A DNA stretch of 63,151 bases, filler included, from 6 parts of 6 records of this genome joined end to end with filler, not necessarily neighbours in it, one strand, 5' to 3'. Counted from the whole stretch's first letter, positions 21,843 to 31,913 are shown. Notes: a model not told the origin generated them from the sequence alone. Numbers and translations: made by a program.

Positions 21843-21937
21843 GAAGATTACGTTAACCTTTGGCAGAGGGGTGATTTTCAAACCTAACTTACGAGTTTTG
21901 TAAAAAAAGTGTTTCATTTTATGGAACACTTTTTTTA
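21843..21937 (+). ncRNA. Candidate sRNA / structured leader (putative type I antitoxin or attenuator)
   Basis: Follows the promoter, contains CCTAACTTACGA complementary to the toxin RBS region, and ends in hairpin AAAAAAAGTGTTTCAT-ttt-ATGGAACACTTTTTTT. Confidence 0.5.
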
Positions 21938-22001
21938 ATGCTTCTAAAACTGCCATTTTAGAAGCATTATACACAATAATTCGTAAGTTAGGAGGTGAAC
22001 T

Positions 22002-22073
22002 ATGAAGGAAATTACATTTATGGTTATTGCAACTGTCATTGCACACTTTGTAATTAAGTGGCTTGATAAATAG
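22002..22073 (+). CDS. 23-aa hydrophobic peptide MKEITFMVIATVIAHFVIKWLDK, type I toxin-like (Fst/Ldr-like)
   Basis: Strong SD AGGAGGTGA; single TM helix ending KWLDK; own terminator; too short for the ORF track. Confidence 0.72.
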   Translation: MKEITFMVIATVIAHFVIKWLDK

Positions 22074-22102
22074 CTCACCTGAGAAAGTTTGTTTTCTCCT
22101 TT

Positions 22103-22130
22103 AAGAAGCGGGGCTGACCCGCTTCTTTTT
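22103..22130 (+). terminator. Rho-independent terminator (possibly bidirectional)
   Basis: AAGAAGCGGG-gctga-CCCGCTTCTT-TTT between two convergent genes. Confidence 0.85.
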
Positions 22131-22141
22131 GTATAAAGTGA

Positions 22142-22768
22142 TTACTTGTCCAAAGCTACTTTTCTTAATAGTTTTCTATATTTAATTAATTTCTCATTAA
22201 TCTTTTCAATATCAGAAATCAATTCATTGTATTCAGGATATTTCCTTTGAATTTCCTGAGGAGTTAATTCTAAATTTTCTTCTTTTTTAGATTCGTCATC
22301 ATACCATTTTCTAAATTTAGCCTGCCATTTTGTTAAATGAGGTCTAAGTTGTTTATTTAAGATAGTGATTGCTATATCAATAATAACTTGAGTACTTTTA
22401 TAGTTTCTAATTTTTTTTACTGGAATATCTTTTACTAATTCCCTGCTTATTTTGAAAAAGTCATACCATGAATTATAAACTTCAGTAATAACATCATGTT
22501 CATAATCAATTTTTAAACCAATTTTTCTTGTGCTTAATTCAACCCATAGTTGATAAGCAATTTGTAAATCCTCATAATTAGTTTTAATTTTGAACTTTTG
22601 ATTTCCAATTCCAACTTCAGCTTCATCAATTTCAATTTCATGATAACTTTTGGAAGTTATTTTTAAATAAACATAGAAACATATCAGGAGTATTAAAGTT
22701 AAAATGATTAACCAATTGTTTACGGTAATATTAATAATTAGTCCATGATTAGTTAAAAAATTTTTCAT
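22142..22768 (-). CDS. Unknown protein with one N-terminal TM helix and a helical soluble domain
   Basis: TM NWLIILTLILLICFYVYL; motifs AYQLWVELSTRK, VYNSWYDFF, LRPHLTKWQAKFRKW; SD overlaps the TIR stop codon. Confidence 0.8.
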   Translation of the reverse strand: MKNFLTNHGLIINITVNNWLIILTLILLICFYVYLKITSKSYHEIEIDEAEVGIGNQKFKIKTNYEDLQIAYQLWVELSTRKIGLKIDYEHDVITEVYNSWYDFFKISRELVKDIPVKKIRNYKSTQVIIDIAITILNKQLRPHLTKWQAKFRKWYDDESKKEENLELTPQEIQRKYPEYNELISDIEKINEKLIKYRKLLRKVALDK

Positions 22769-22779
22769 AATTTCTCTCC

Positions 22780-23580
22780 TTAAGAAATATGATTATTTAG
22801 AAGAAGCCATTTATAAAAATTTCTTCCTTTATTAGAAATGATAAAATAATATGATTTTTTTTCCATTAACCCAAATGCAATTGCATTGGAAAGATCATAT
22901 CCTCGACCTTTATCAGCTTCGATAGGAGTACTAAGCATTTTTTCTCTTGCATTAATAAAATTAGTAAGTTTTCCTGATTGAAAAAGTGTTTCAAACTCTT
23001 TTTCTTCTAATGAAGTTTTTGATTTATTATTTTCAAAATTTGAGTTTAGTTCTTGAATTTCTTTATCTTTTTGAAAAATCTCTCTATCTTTAGCTAAAAG
23101 CTGTCTTTGCGTTTCAATATCTCCACCTTGCAAATCAAGATGTTTTGACCAAATAGCAGAAATCAATTGCCCTAATTCAATTTTTGAATAATTCTTAGGC
23201 ATTAAGTGTAATAAATCATCTGTTAATTCAGGATATCGATCATTTATTTCATCATACGTTCTTTGAGAATCAAAAATTGAAATAATTTTATTTAAATCAA
23301 AATTATTACCCTTTTTCATCTCTTCTCTTAAGACATGTTTAATTTCTCTATCAACCCAAGATGATTTTAATGATTGTTCAGTGAAAAATATTAGTGCTAT
23401 ATCAGCCTTATCTAATCCATCTCTAAAAATAGATTTTCTTAAATTGTTACCTGGAAGGATTTTTCTTTTATCAATCCAAATATTTATATAACAATCTTCC
23501 AAATCTCTTACGATTGGTTCGATGTAATCTTCCTTATCATCTGAAGAGTGGCTTACGAAAACCAGTACTGAATTACTCAT
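22780..23580 (-). CDS. TIR-domain protein (TIR_2-like) with coiled-coil and C-terminal tail
   Basis: VFVSHSSDDK, IWID...ILPGNNL, SLKSSWVDREI with the catalytic-position Glu. Confidence 0.88.
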   Translation of the reverse strand: MSNSVLVFVSHSSDDKEDYIEPIVRDLEDCYINIWIDKRKILPGNNLRKSIFRDGLDKADIALIFFTEQSLKSSWVDREIKHVLREEMKKGNNFDLNKIISIFDSQRTYDEINDRYPELTDDLLHLMPKNYSKIELGQLISAIWSKHLDLQGGDIETQRQLLAKDREIFQKDKEIQELNSNFENNKSKTSLEEKEFETLFQSGKLTNFINAREKMLSTPIEADKGRGYDLSNAIAFGLMEKKSYYFIISNKGRNFYKWLLLNNHIS

Positions 23581-23837
23581 ACTTGCTCCTTTCTTGTTAT
23601 TTATATTTTATTAGAAATATTTAAAATAGTTACTTGATTATTTTACCACTAAAGAAAAATGATTTCAAGATTAAGAGTTTAAGTATGATAAAAGAAAGTT
23701 ATCATTTGTGAAAAGATTAGAATTGTATGTTTTATCCATATACGAAATAAATAAAAACATCACTTGCATATATATCGCATCAAACGCTCTGATTCGGGAC
23801 ATGGTCAAAAATAAATCATTTTTGAACGTAAAAATAA

Positions 23838-23866
23838 TTGACAGCTTCCAACAAAATTGATATTAT
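23838..23866 (+). promoter_or_regulatory. sigma70 promoter of the purL leader
   Basis: TTGACA-17 nt-TATTAT with extended TG. Confidence 0.65.
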
Positions 23867-23964
23867 TAAGTTGTAAATAAGTTGTAAAAAATTGAATATA
23901 AAACTTAATCGAGTAATAATAAATAGTAATATTAACTATTGAATTTGTTGATTAAGAAGTAGAA

Positions 23965-24052
23965 TCTTACTTATATATGCCAGTAATACGGTCTGGCGTT
24001 TCTACGAGTCCCCAGTGTTGTTTTCAGCCAAAAGGGCTTACTATAGGTGGGA
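23965..24052 (+). ncRNA. Purine (guanine-type) riboswitch aptamer with expanded L3
   Basis: P1 TCTTACTTATA/TATAGGTGGGA; P2 GCCAG/CTGGC with loop TAATACGGT; J2/3 GTTTCTAC; P3 GAGTCC/GGGCTT; C at the discriminator position; upstream of purL. Confidence 0.88.
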
Positions 24053-24143
24053 CATAGAGAGGGTTTGTTTTTAATAGGAGTTGAATTCTAGGTGAAGAGT
24101 TTAAATTTAACTTTTAATATAAAACGTAACGTTATATTAAAAC

Positions 24144-24189
24144 CTGAAAATATGTTTCGCTTATGGCAAACGTATTTTCAGTTTTTTTT
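24144..24189 (+). terminator. Riboswitch expression-platform terminator
   Basis: CTGAAAATATGTTT...AAACGTATTTTCAG followed by T8. Confidence 0.75.
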
Positions 24190-24403
24190 ATTTAACTGAA
24201 AATTAAAGTAGAAACATGTTAAAATTAACTATTTATTTACAAAGGAAAAACAATTAAAATATTGAAAAGTAAAATAACTAGAAAACACGTTATATGTTTT
24301 GATGAACATTAATATAAAAGCTTTTAAATGTGTGTTCATTCGTGTTAATCAGTGGTTCTTAATACAAAAAATAATTAAAATTAAACTATATATAATAGGA
24401 GGA

Positions 24404-27277
24404 ATGATGAACTACAGGATTTTTGTAGAAAAAAAAGAGTTGTTTGATGTTGAAGCGAGGAGTTTGCTAAACGATTTTAGAGAAAATCTGCAAATGAAAT
24501 CACTTGAAGGACTGAGGCTTTTAAATGTATATGATATATTTGGAACTTCAGAAGAGAACTTAGCGATGGCTAAGAAGACTATTTTTGCTGAAATGCCGAC
24601 TGATAATATTTATGACAATGTAGAGTTAGATGGAAAGAAGTATTTTGCTGTTGAATTTTTACCGGGTCAATTTGACCAAAGGGCTGATTCTGCTATGCAA
24701 TGTATGGAACTTATATCTGACAGTGCAGAAGATACTGTAGTAAAAAGTGGGAAACTCCTAATTTTAGAAGGAAACGTAACAGATAAAGATATACAGGAGA
24801 TTAAGAAGTACTATATCAACCCTGTAGAATCTAGAGAAAAAGATATATTCGCACCTCTTCAAATCGAAGCACTTCCAAAAGTAGAAGATGTTGTGGCTTT
24901 TGAAGGATTTATAAATTACAATGCTGAAGAACTTGAGAAGTTCAGAGCTGAGCAAGGACTTGCTATGTCTGATAAAGACGTTGCGTTTGTTCAAGGGTAC
25001 TTTAAAAATACTGAAAAAAGAGATCCGATGGAAACTGAGATCAAAGTACTTGATACTTACTGGTCAGACCATTGTAGACATACAACATTTGAAACTGAAC
25101 TTACTAATATCGTGATTCCGTCTGGAAAATTACACGAAACTATTCAAAAAACTTACGAAGATTACTTAACTGATAGAACAAATGTACATGGTAACAGAAA
25201 GCCTATGTGTCTAATGGATATGGCAACTATTACTATGAAAAAACTTAGAAAAAACGGACAACTTGATGATCTTGAAGTTTCTGACGAAATCAACGCTTGT
25301 AGTGTTAGAATCAAAGTTGATGTAGATGGAACTCTTGAAAACTGGTTATTAATGTTTAAAAATGAAACTCATAACCATCCTACAGAGATTGAACCATTTG
25401 GTGGAGCTTCTACATGTATCGGTGGAGCAATTAGAGATCCTTTATCTGGTAGATCATATGTTTACCAAGCTATGAGGGTAACTGGAAGTGCTAATCCTAA
25501 CGAGAAAATCGAAGATACTATGGCAGGTAAATTACCTCAAAGAGTTATCACTACTGGAGCAGCTCACGGATACAGTTCATACGGAAACCAAATCGGACTA
25601 GCTACAACTTATGTTAAGGAGCTTTATGATCAAGGTTACAAAGCTAAGAGAATGGAAGTTGGGGCAGTAGTTGGAGCGGTTAAAGAGGAATGGGTAAAAA
25701 GAGAAAAACCTGAAGCTGGAGATATTATTATCTTATTAGGTGGAAAAACAGGAAGAGACGGATGCGGTGGAGCAACTGGATCATCTAAGGAGCACACTAC
25801 TGATTCAATCGTTGATTGTTCAGCAGAAGTTCAAAAAGGTAACGCACCTGTAGAGAGAAAAATCCAAAGATTCTTCAGAAACGAAGAAGTTACAACTCTT
25901 ATCAAAAAGTGTAATGACTTCGGAGCTGGTGGAGTATCAGTAGCAATTGGAGAATTAGCTGACGGACTTGATATAGATTTAGATACAGTTCCAGTTAAAT
26001 ACGCGGGCCTAAACGGAACGGAATTAGCTATCTCAGAATCACAAGAGAGAATGGCAGTTGTAATTAGAAAAGAAGATAAAGAGAAATTCATCGAGATGGC
26101 AAATCTTGAAAATATAGAAGCAGTTCAAGCTGCAACAGTTACAGATACAAACAGACTTGTTATGAAATGGCAAGGAAAAGCAATCGTTGATTTATCAAGA
26201 GATTTCCTTGATACAAACGGTGTAAGAAATGAAATGGCAATTGAAATCGAAGAAGTAGAAGGAGACGCTCCATTTACTCAAGAAGTAGAAGGAACAGACT
26301 TAAAAGATAAATTCCTAAACAACCTGAAGAGATTAAACGTAGCTTCTCAAAAAGGATTAGTTGAGATGTTTGATGCAACTATCGGAGCAACGACAGTACT
26401 TATGCCTTACGGAGGTAAATACCAATTATCGGAAACAGAAGGAAGTGTACAAAAACTTCCAGTATTAGATGGTGAGACTAAAACAGCAAGTATTATGACA
26501 TTCGGTTACAATGCTGATATCGCTAAATGGTCGCCATTTCACGGAGCAGCTTATGCAGTAGTTGAATCAATCGCAAAAGTTGTAGCTCTTGGAGGAAGTT
26601 ATGAAGGAATCAGATTCTCATTCCAAGAATACTTCCAAAGACTTGGTGCAGATGCTAAGAAATGGGGTAAACCATTCTCAGCATTATTAGGAACTCTATA
26701 TGTTCAAAACGGATTTGAACTACCTGCAATCGGTGGTAAAGATAGTATGAGTGGAACTTTCAATGACCTTGATGTACCACCTACACTTATCTCATTTGCT
26801 GTAAATACTGAGAGTACAGATAACATCCTATCAACTGAACTTAAATCAGCTGGAAACAATATCTACTTAGTAAAACACGTTGCAAATGAAGATTACACAC
26901 CAAATATCGATATGTTAAAAGCAAACTTTAACTTCATCTATAATAATGTTAAAGCAGGAAAAATCGTATCAGCTTCAACTATCAAACATGGTGGAGTTGC
27001 AGAAGCAGTAGCGAAAATGGCATTCGGAAACAAATTAGGTGCTGACGTTACAATTGCAGAAGCAGATCTATTCAATATGAACTACGGTTCAATTGTTGTA
27101 GAAACTACAGAAGAGTTAACTGCTGCTGAAGGAGTAGAATTAATTAAACTTGGAACTGTAACAGCAGAAGAAGTTATTAAAGTAAACGGAACAGAAATTC
27201 AAATAGACGAAGCATTATCAGCATGGAAAGGAACTCTTGAAGGAGTATTCAAAAGTGTAACTGATGAGAATGAAGGT
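24404..27277 (+). CDS. purL: Phosphoribosylformylglycinamidine synthase (large clostridial/fusobacterial type), 3' truncated
   Basis: PGQFDQRAD, YWSDHCRH, ETHNHPTEIEPFGGA, SESQERM; start at 24404 or 24407 after AGGAGG. Confidence 0.96.
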
Positions 27278-27377
27278 NNNNNNNNNNNNNNNNNNNNNNN
27301 NNNNNNNNNNNNNNNNNNNNNTTAATTAATTAANNNNNNNNNNNNNNNNNNNNNNNNNNNNNNNNNNNNNNNNNNNN
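27278..27377. other. Artificial contig spacer
   Basis: N44-TTAATTAATTAA-N44. Confidence 0.99.
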
Positions 27378-27489
27378 GCCATTTTAATGCTCATAACGAA
27401 GTTCTAATACATAATCCGGGTTAAAAATAAAACAACAAAGGGATACTCCATTGAATATCCCTTACTATTTTTTGAAGAATAAAATCTTA

Positions 27490-28566
27490 TTATGGCATTT
27501 TGTACATGTAGGCATTTATATTCATTCCGGCGCCAACCGAGGTCATCATTACATAATCGCCACTTTCTAATGAATGACCTTCCAGCTCTCCTCTTACAAT
27601 TAAATCAAAAAGTGTAGGGACAGTTGCCACTGAGCTATTTCCAAGCGTTTTTATGGTCATTGGCATTACGCTATAATCCACTTCGCGCTGACCATATAAC
27701 CTAAAAATTCTTTTTAGAATAGCTTCATCCATTTTAGCATTAGCCTGATGGATAAGTACTTTTTTTACATCACCCAAAGTAAGATTGTTAGCCTCAAGAC
27801 ATTCCTTTGCCAATAAGGGCACATTAGTTAAGGCATAGTTGTACAAACGACGCCCCAACATTTTTAAATAAAGATGATCTCCTTTTAAATCTTTATTGTA
27901 AGAATCACCCATGTGTAATAAGTCAAGATGTTCTTCGGTATCAGTTCTTGCAGCATGCTTTAAAATTCCTACCGGCTCTTCACTTTCTACTGCTTCTAAT
28001 AAAGCAGCTCCCGCACCATCTGCAAAAATCATCGCATCCCTGTCGTGTGGATCCATCATACGACTCAGTGTATCGGCTCCAATAACCAGGGCGCTTTTGG
28101 CATCTCCCGACTCGATGTAATATTTAGCCTGAATCATAGCTTGTGTCCATCCCGGACAACCAAAAGTAGTATCGTAAGCTATGGTTTTAGGATTTCTTAT
28201 TTTTAGTTTGTGTTTAACTCTTGAGGCCAGAGTAGGCATGATGTCAGGAATTAAGCTTCCGTGTTTTATATCTCCCAGGTTATGAGCAACAATAATATAG
28301 TCTAGTTTCTCTCTATCGAAATTAGCCGCTTCCAAAGCTTTTTCTGCAGCAAAAGTGGCTATATCAGAAGTAACCTGATTCTTTTGGGCACACCTTCTTT
28401 CGGTGATATCCGTAATCTGTTCAAATTTCTGGACAATTTCTTCACCAGGTGTATCAATGATAGAACCATCACTATTTAAAAACAGTTGATTGGCAAAATC
28501 AATGTTCTTGACTGTTACCGTTGGGATGTACGATCCCGTGCCGGTAGCAACAGCATAAATTTTCAT
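27490..28566 (-). CDS. fabH: 3-oxoacyl-ACP synthase III (Bacteroidota type)
   Basis: FGCPGW, FADGAGA, IHQAN, LGNSSVATVP. Confidence 0.93.
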   Translation of the reverse strand: MKIYAVATGTGSYIPTVTVKNIDFANQLFLNSDGSIIDTPGEEIVQKFEQITDITERRCAQKNQVTSDIATFAAEKALEAANFDREKLDYIIVAHNLGDIKHGSLIPDIMPTLASRVKHKLKIRNPKTIAYDTTFGCPGWTQAMIQAKYYIESGDAKSALVIGADTLSRMMDPHDRDAMIFADGAGAALLEAVESEEPVGILKHAARTDTEEHLDLLHMGDSYNKDLKGDHLYLKMLGRRLYNYALTNVPLLAKECLEANNLTLGDVKKVLIHQANAKMDEAILKRIFRLYGQREVDYSVMPMTIKTLGNSSVATVPTLFDLIVRGELEGHSLESGDYVMMTSVGAGMNINAYMYKMP

Positions 28567-28657
28567 TGTATTCGAATTTGCTAATACCTTAGAAAAAGAC
28601 GCATTTTACCCAACTTGCACCTATCTCTAAGTTCAATGGCTTAAAAACCAGTTACTA

Positions 28658-29413
28658 CTATTTATTTAAAAACTTTAACTCGAATTTAGAACCATCCCAA
28701 ACGCCATAAGACCTGTGATTTACCCAATCCCCCAGATATATAAATTGGCTGTTATCAGTAAAGCTTTGATGTAAAGCTAAGTGACGGTGTCCAAATACAA
28801 AATAGTCAAAGTGTTCCTTTTCAAGTTCATCTTTAGCGTGAAGCATTAACCACTCTTTTTCTTCACCTAAAAACTTCGATTTTTCAGAATTCTCATTTTT
28901 TAACCGGCTTTGTTTTGACCACTTACGAGCAAATCCAACTCCAAAATTAGGATGAAGACGAGCAAACATCCATTGCAACAACTTACTGGTAAAAACCTTT
29001 TTTAAAGTGTTATAGCTTTTATCATAAGGACCTAAACCATCTCCATGAGCCAAGTAAAACTTTTGATTATCAAATTCTACCTTGTATGGATCACGATGGA
29101 TGATCATGCCGGTTTCTTTTGGAAGGTAGTCAAATACCCAGATGTCATGATTGCCAGTAAAAAAATGCACCGGAATACCTTTGTCGGTAAACTCACATAT
29201 TTTGCCTAAAAAGCGAGAAAATCCACGTGGTACAACATGACGGTATTCAAACCAAAAATCAAAAATATCTCCTAACAGGTAAAGTGCTTTGGCATCATCT
29301 TTAATCGAATCTAACCAATCAACAAATATTTTTTCGTGCTTCCTGCCATCTTTAATAGATGGTGCACCCAGATGCACATCTGATGCAAAGTATATTTTTT
29401 TACCTTTTTCCAA
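28658..29413 (-). CDS. lpxH: UDP-2,3-diacylglucosamine diphosphatase
   Basis: SDVHLG, LGDIFDFW, GNHD, HGD, FGHRH, LGDW. Confidence 0.9.
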   Translation of the reverse strand: MEKGKKIYFASDVHLGAPSIKDGRKHEKIFVDWLDSIKDDAKALYLLGDIFDFWFEYRHVVPRGFSRFLGKICEFTDKGIPVHFFTGNHDIWVFDYLPKETGMIIHRDPYKVEFDNQKFYLAHGDGLGPYDKSYNTLKKVFTSKLLQWMFARLHPNFGVGFARKWSKQSRLKNENSEKSKFLGEEKEWLMLHAKDELEKEHFDYFVFGHRHLALHQSFTDNSQFIYLGDWVNHRSYGVWDGSKFELKFLNK

Positions 29414-29477
29414 AAAATTGAATTTAAACGCGATCCATAAAAAATCGAACGGACAAAGATATTAGTTTTATTAACGC

Positions 29478-29511
29478 AAAAAAGGGAAACTCTATTCGAA
29501 TTTCCCTTTTT
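29478..29511 (-). terminator. Rho-independent terminator
   Basis: AAAAAAGGGAAA...TTTCCCTTTTT. Confidence 0.7.
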
Positions 29512-29529
29512 GATATTCTATATGATCCG

Positions 29530-30705
29530 TTAGTTTAACAGATCATGTAATTTTTCATCTAGAATTCTACCAAATAAGTCTTTACCAATGATCTCGCCAT
29601 CTTTACTAATTAGGTAGTTTGCCGGTAATTGCTGTACATTGTATAAAGACGCAGGATAAGATTTAGTATACTGTAAATCGCTCACATTAATCCAAGGTAA
29701 TTTATCCTCTTCAATAGCCTGTTCCCACAATATTTTGCTTTTATCCAATGAAACCTGATATACTTCAAAACCTTTGGATTTATACTTTTTGTATACTTTC
29801 ACTAAGTTTTGATTTTCCTTTCTTGATTTTTGATCCCACGATGCCCAAAAAGATAGCAATATCATCTTTCCTTTTAAAGAAGATAGTTTAACAGATTTTC
29901 CATTGATGTCTTTTTCGTCAATTTCAGGATAACCGTACACAATCTTATCATTGTCAAGCAACTTTTTAGTTAATGCCTCTTTTTTCTGTTCCTGTTTAAT
30001 TCCTAAAACAAAGTTTTTAAGTTGCTTAACTCTTGGAGATTCAGGATACAATAGGTCGAGACTGGTTGCTACAGCACCAAACATATTCATATCGCGTTTT
30101 AAGTAAGGGTCCAACATTAATGTTCCGTTATCATAACGCTGAAAAATGGCGTAGTAACTGGCAAAGGAACGAGGGTTGGTCATAATGAAATCAAAAGTAA
30201 AATCTTTCTGATCTTCAATTACCTTAGATATCTCAGTTTTAATGTTTTCTTTTGTCTTAACATCCTGACTTTCGATAGACTTGTACACGTTAGCTAAACT
30301 ATCTACTCTTTCTTTAGTTGTTTCAAACTTGCGGTATAAAGTTCTTACGTAAGCCGACCCCATAGAATTTTTAACCGTGTAAGAATTCGAAAGATTTTCA
30401 GCATCCGCTATTATTTCAATATTTTCGGTGGTATCTCCTAAAAGGGTAATAAAATTATTTTCCGACAGTTTTAGCAATAAAAAAGTTGGATACTCTAGCT
30501 TATCTAAAGCAAATTTAAAAGTGCCGTTACTTTTTAATTCAGCAGAATCAAGATTAACAGTACCATCCAGGTTTAACTGTTGTAAATAAATTTGTTTTCC
30601 TTTTCCATTTGCAATTTCACCACTAATTTTAAATTTTTCCTGTTGGCTACAAGAAGCGATAAATGCTGAAAAAGCTACAAAAAGTAAGATTCGAAATATA
30701 TTCAT
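29530..30705 (-). CDS. DUF4369 + TlpA/AhpC-TSA fold lipoprotein lacking CxxC
   Basis: Lipobox IASC; LSSLKGKMILLSFWASWDQKSR, GFEVYQVSLD, LPANYLI. Confidence 0.88.
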   Translation of the reverse strand: MNIFRILLFVAFSAFIASCSQQEKFKISGEIANGKGKQIYLQQLNLDGTVNLDSAELKSNGTFKFALDKLEYPTFLLLKLSENNFITLLGDTTENIEIIADAENLSNSYTVKNSMGSAYVRTLYRKFETTKERVDSLANVYKSIESQDVKTKENIKTEISKVIEDQKDFTFDFIMTNPRSFASYYAIFQRYDNGTLMLDPYLKRDMNMFGAVATSLDLLYPESPRVKQLKNFVLGIKQEQKKEALTKKLLDNDKIVYGYPEIDEKDINGKSVKLSSLKGKMILLSFWASWDQKSRKENQNLVKVYKKYKSKGFEVYQVSLDKSKILWEQAIEEDKLPWINVSDLQYTKSYPASLYNVQQLPANYLISKDGEIIGKDLFGRILDEKLHDLLN

Positions 30706-30758
30706 GAGTATACAAGTAGTTTGTTTAAGCTATTAAAATTAAGCGATCAAATATATCA

Positions 30759-31913
30759 TTATTTTTTAAGATTGGCTGAGATGGATTGACTCAGTTCTTC
30801 ATCCCAAACGTTACGATTATAAATGACACCGGCAGTATCAACCGTAAAGTTACATGGCAGAGATGTGATGCCCATTTCCTGCAGGTCGGATGATTGCAAA
30901 GCGGTAGTGTCAATTAAATGCCAATATGGAAGTCTGTTTTGTTTAATGCTGTTCAACCACATTTCTTTGTCCGAAGTGTATGCAACCATCATAGTTTTTA
31001 AACCTTTATTTCCATAACGATACATTAAAGATTTGGTCTGCTTTAGTTTTTTATCATCCAGTAAATCATTTCCATTCCATAATACAATATGAATTAAATC
31101 TCCGCCAGTCTCCTTCAAACTCACTTTCTCATTCCAATTGGTTCTCGCTTTTAAACTAGGAAAAATACCTCCATGATCATATCGCTCTTTTGCCCTAATG
31201 ATAGTATATGCTTTCATTAGATCTTCATCGTAGGAAGCGAAAAGTTTTTTTAGTTTTTCATCTGCATTCAATTTTTCAGCATTGTCTAAAAAGAGTTGGA
31301 TATTTTCTTTCAATGGAAATAAGGCTACGTTACCATGTTTTTGGTTAAGCATCAGAAACTGTACAACATTTGAATGTGTGCCTTGTCCAATTTTTAGCGC
31401 TTTGTTTTTGTATTGATTGATGAGCTTTTCTCTTTTTTGATAGAGTTTGATTTTACTTGAATCACCAGGCAAAACTTCTTTTATTTCAAGTAATTCCCTA
31501 GTTAGTTTATCCATCTCGCTGGCAAATTGTTGCGTATTCTTCTCCAAAGCCCAAATGGCTGAATTAACAGGAGAGTTATTGCTTTTGCAATTGCTTACAT
31601 CATTATTATCAAACCAAATATTAATGTAATCATCAGGAGATAGAAATAGGTTTATCTTCTGCTTGTTGATGAGTAAAGTGTAAAATCCTACTTCGGTAAT
31701 ACTGTTTTTAGAGATAGAAAACGAACCTTCGCTTGTAATCTCAGCTGTATCGAGGGTATTACTTTGCCCATTCTGAATTAAATAAATAACTGGAACAGAA
31801 GCGCCCATCCCTGATATTTTTCCCTCAATTAAAGGAATGGTTTTAATCTTCTTTTCTGAACATGAAAAAGTAAAGATTATGGTAGCTAGTAGTAGATATG
31901 CTGTATTTCTCAT
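30759..31913 (-). CDS. Degenerate TlpA-like lipoprotein
   Basis: Lipobox TFSC; C-terminal thioredoxin-like region (WLNSIKQNRLPYWHL, LPCNFTVD) without CxxC. Confidence 0.7.
   Translation of the reverse strand: MRNTAYLLLATIIFTFSCSEKKIKTIPLIEGKISGMGASVPVIYLIQNGQSNTLDTAEITSEGSFSISKNSITEVGFYTLLINKQKINLFLSPDDYINIWFDNNDVSNCKSNNSPVNSAIWALEKNTQQFASEMDKLTRELLEIKEVLPGDSSKIKLYQKREKLINQYKNKALKIGQGTHSNVVQFLMLNQKHGNVALFPLKENIQLFLDNAEKLNADEKLKKLFASYDEDLMKAYTIIRAKERYDHGGIFPSLKARTNWNEKVSLKETGGDLIHIVLWNGNDLLDDKKLKQTKSLMYRYGNKGLKTMMVAYTSDKEMWLNSIKQNRLPYWHLIDTTALQSSDLQEMGITSLPCNFTVDTAGVIYNRNVWDEELSQSISANLKK

Noticed and set aside
21774-22046. 90-aa minus-strand ORF from the ORF track
   Set aside because: It is a shadow ORF over the promoter, hairpins and plus-strand peptide, which has far better expression signals.
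24299-24403. N-terminal extension of PurL in the ORF track
   Set aside because: The SD AGGAGG lies just before the ATGs at 24404/24407, and the extension is AT-rich leader sequence.
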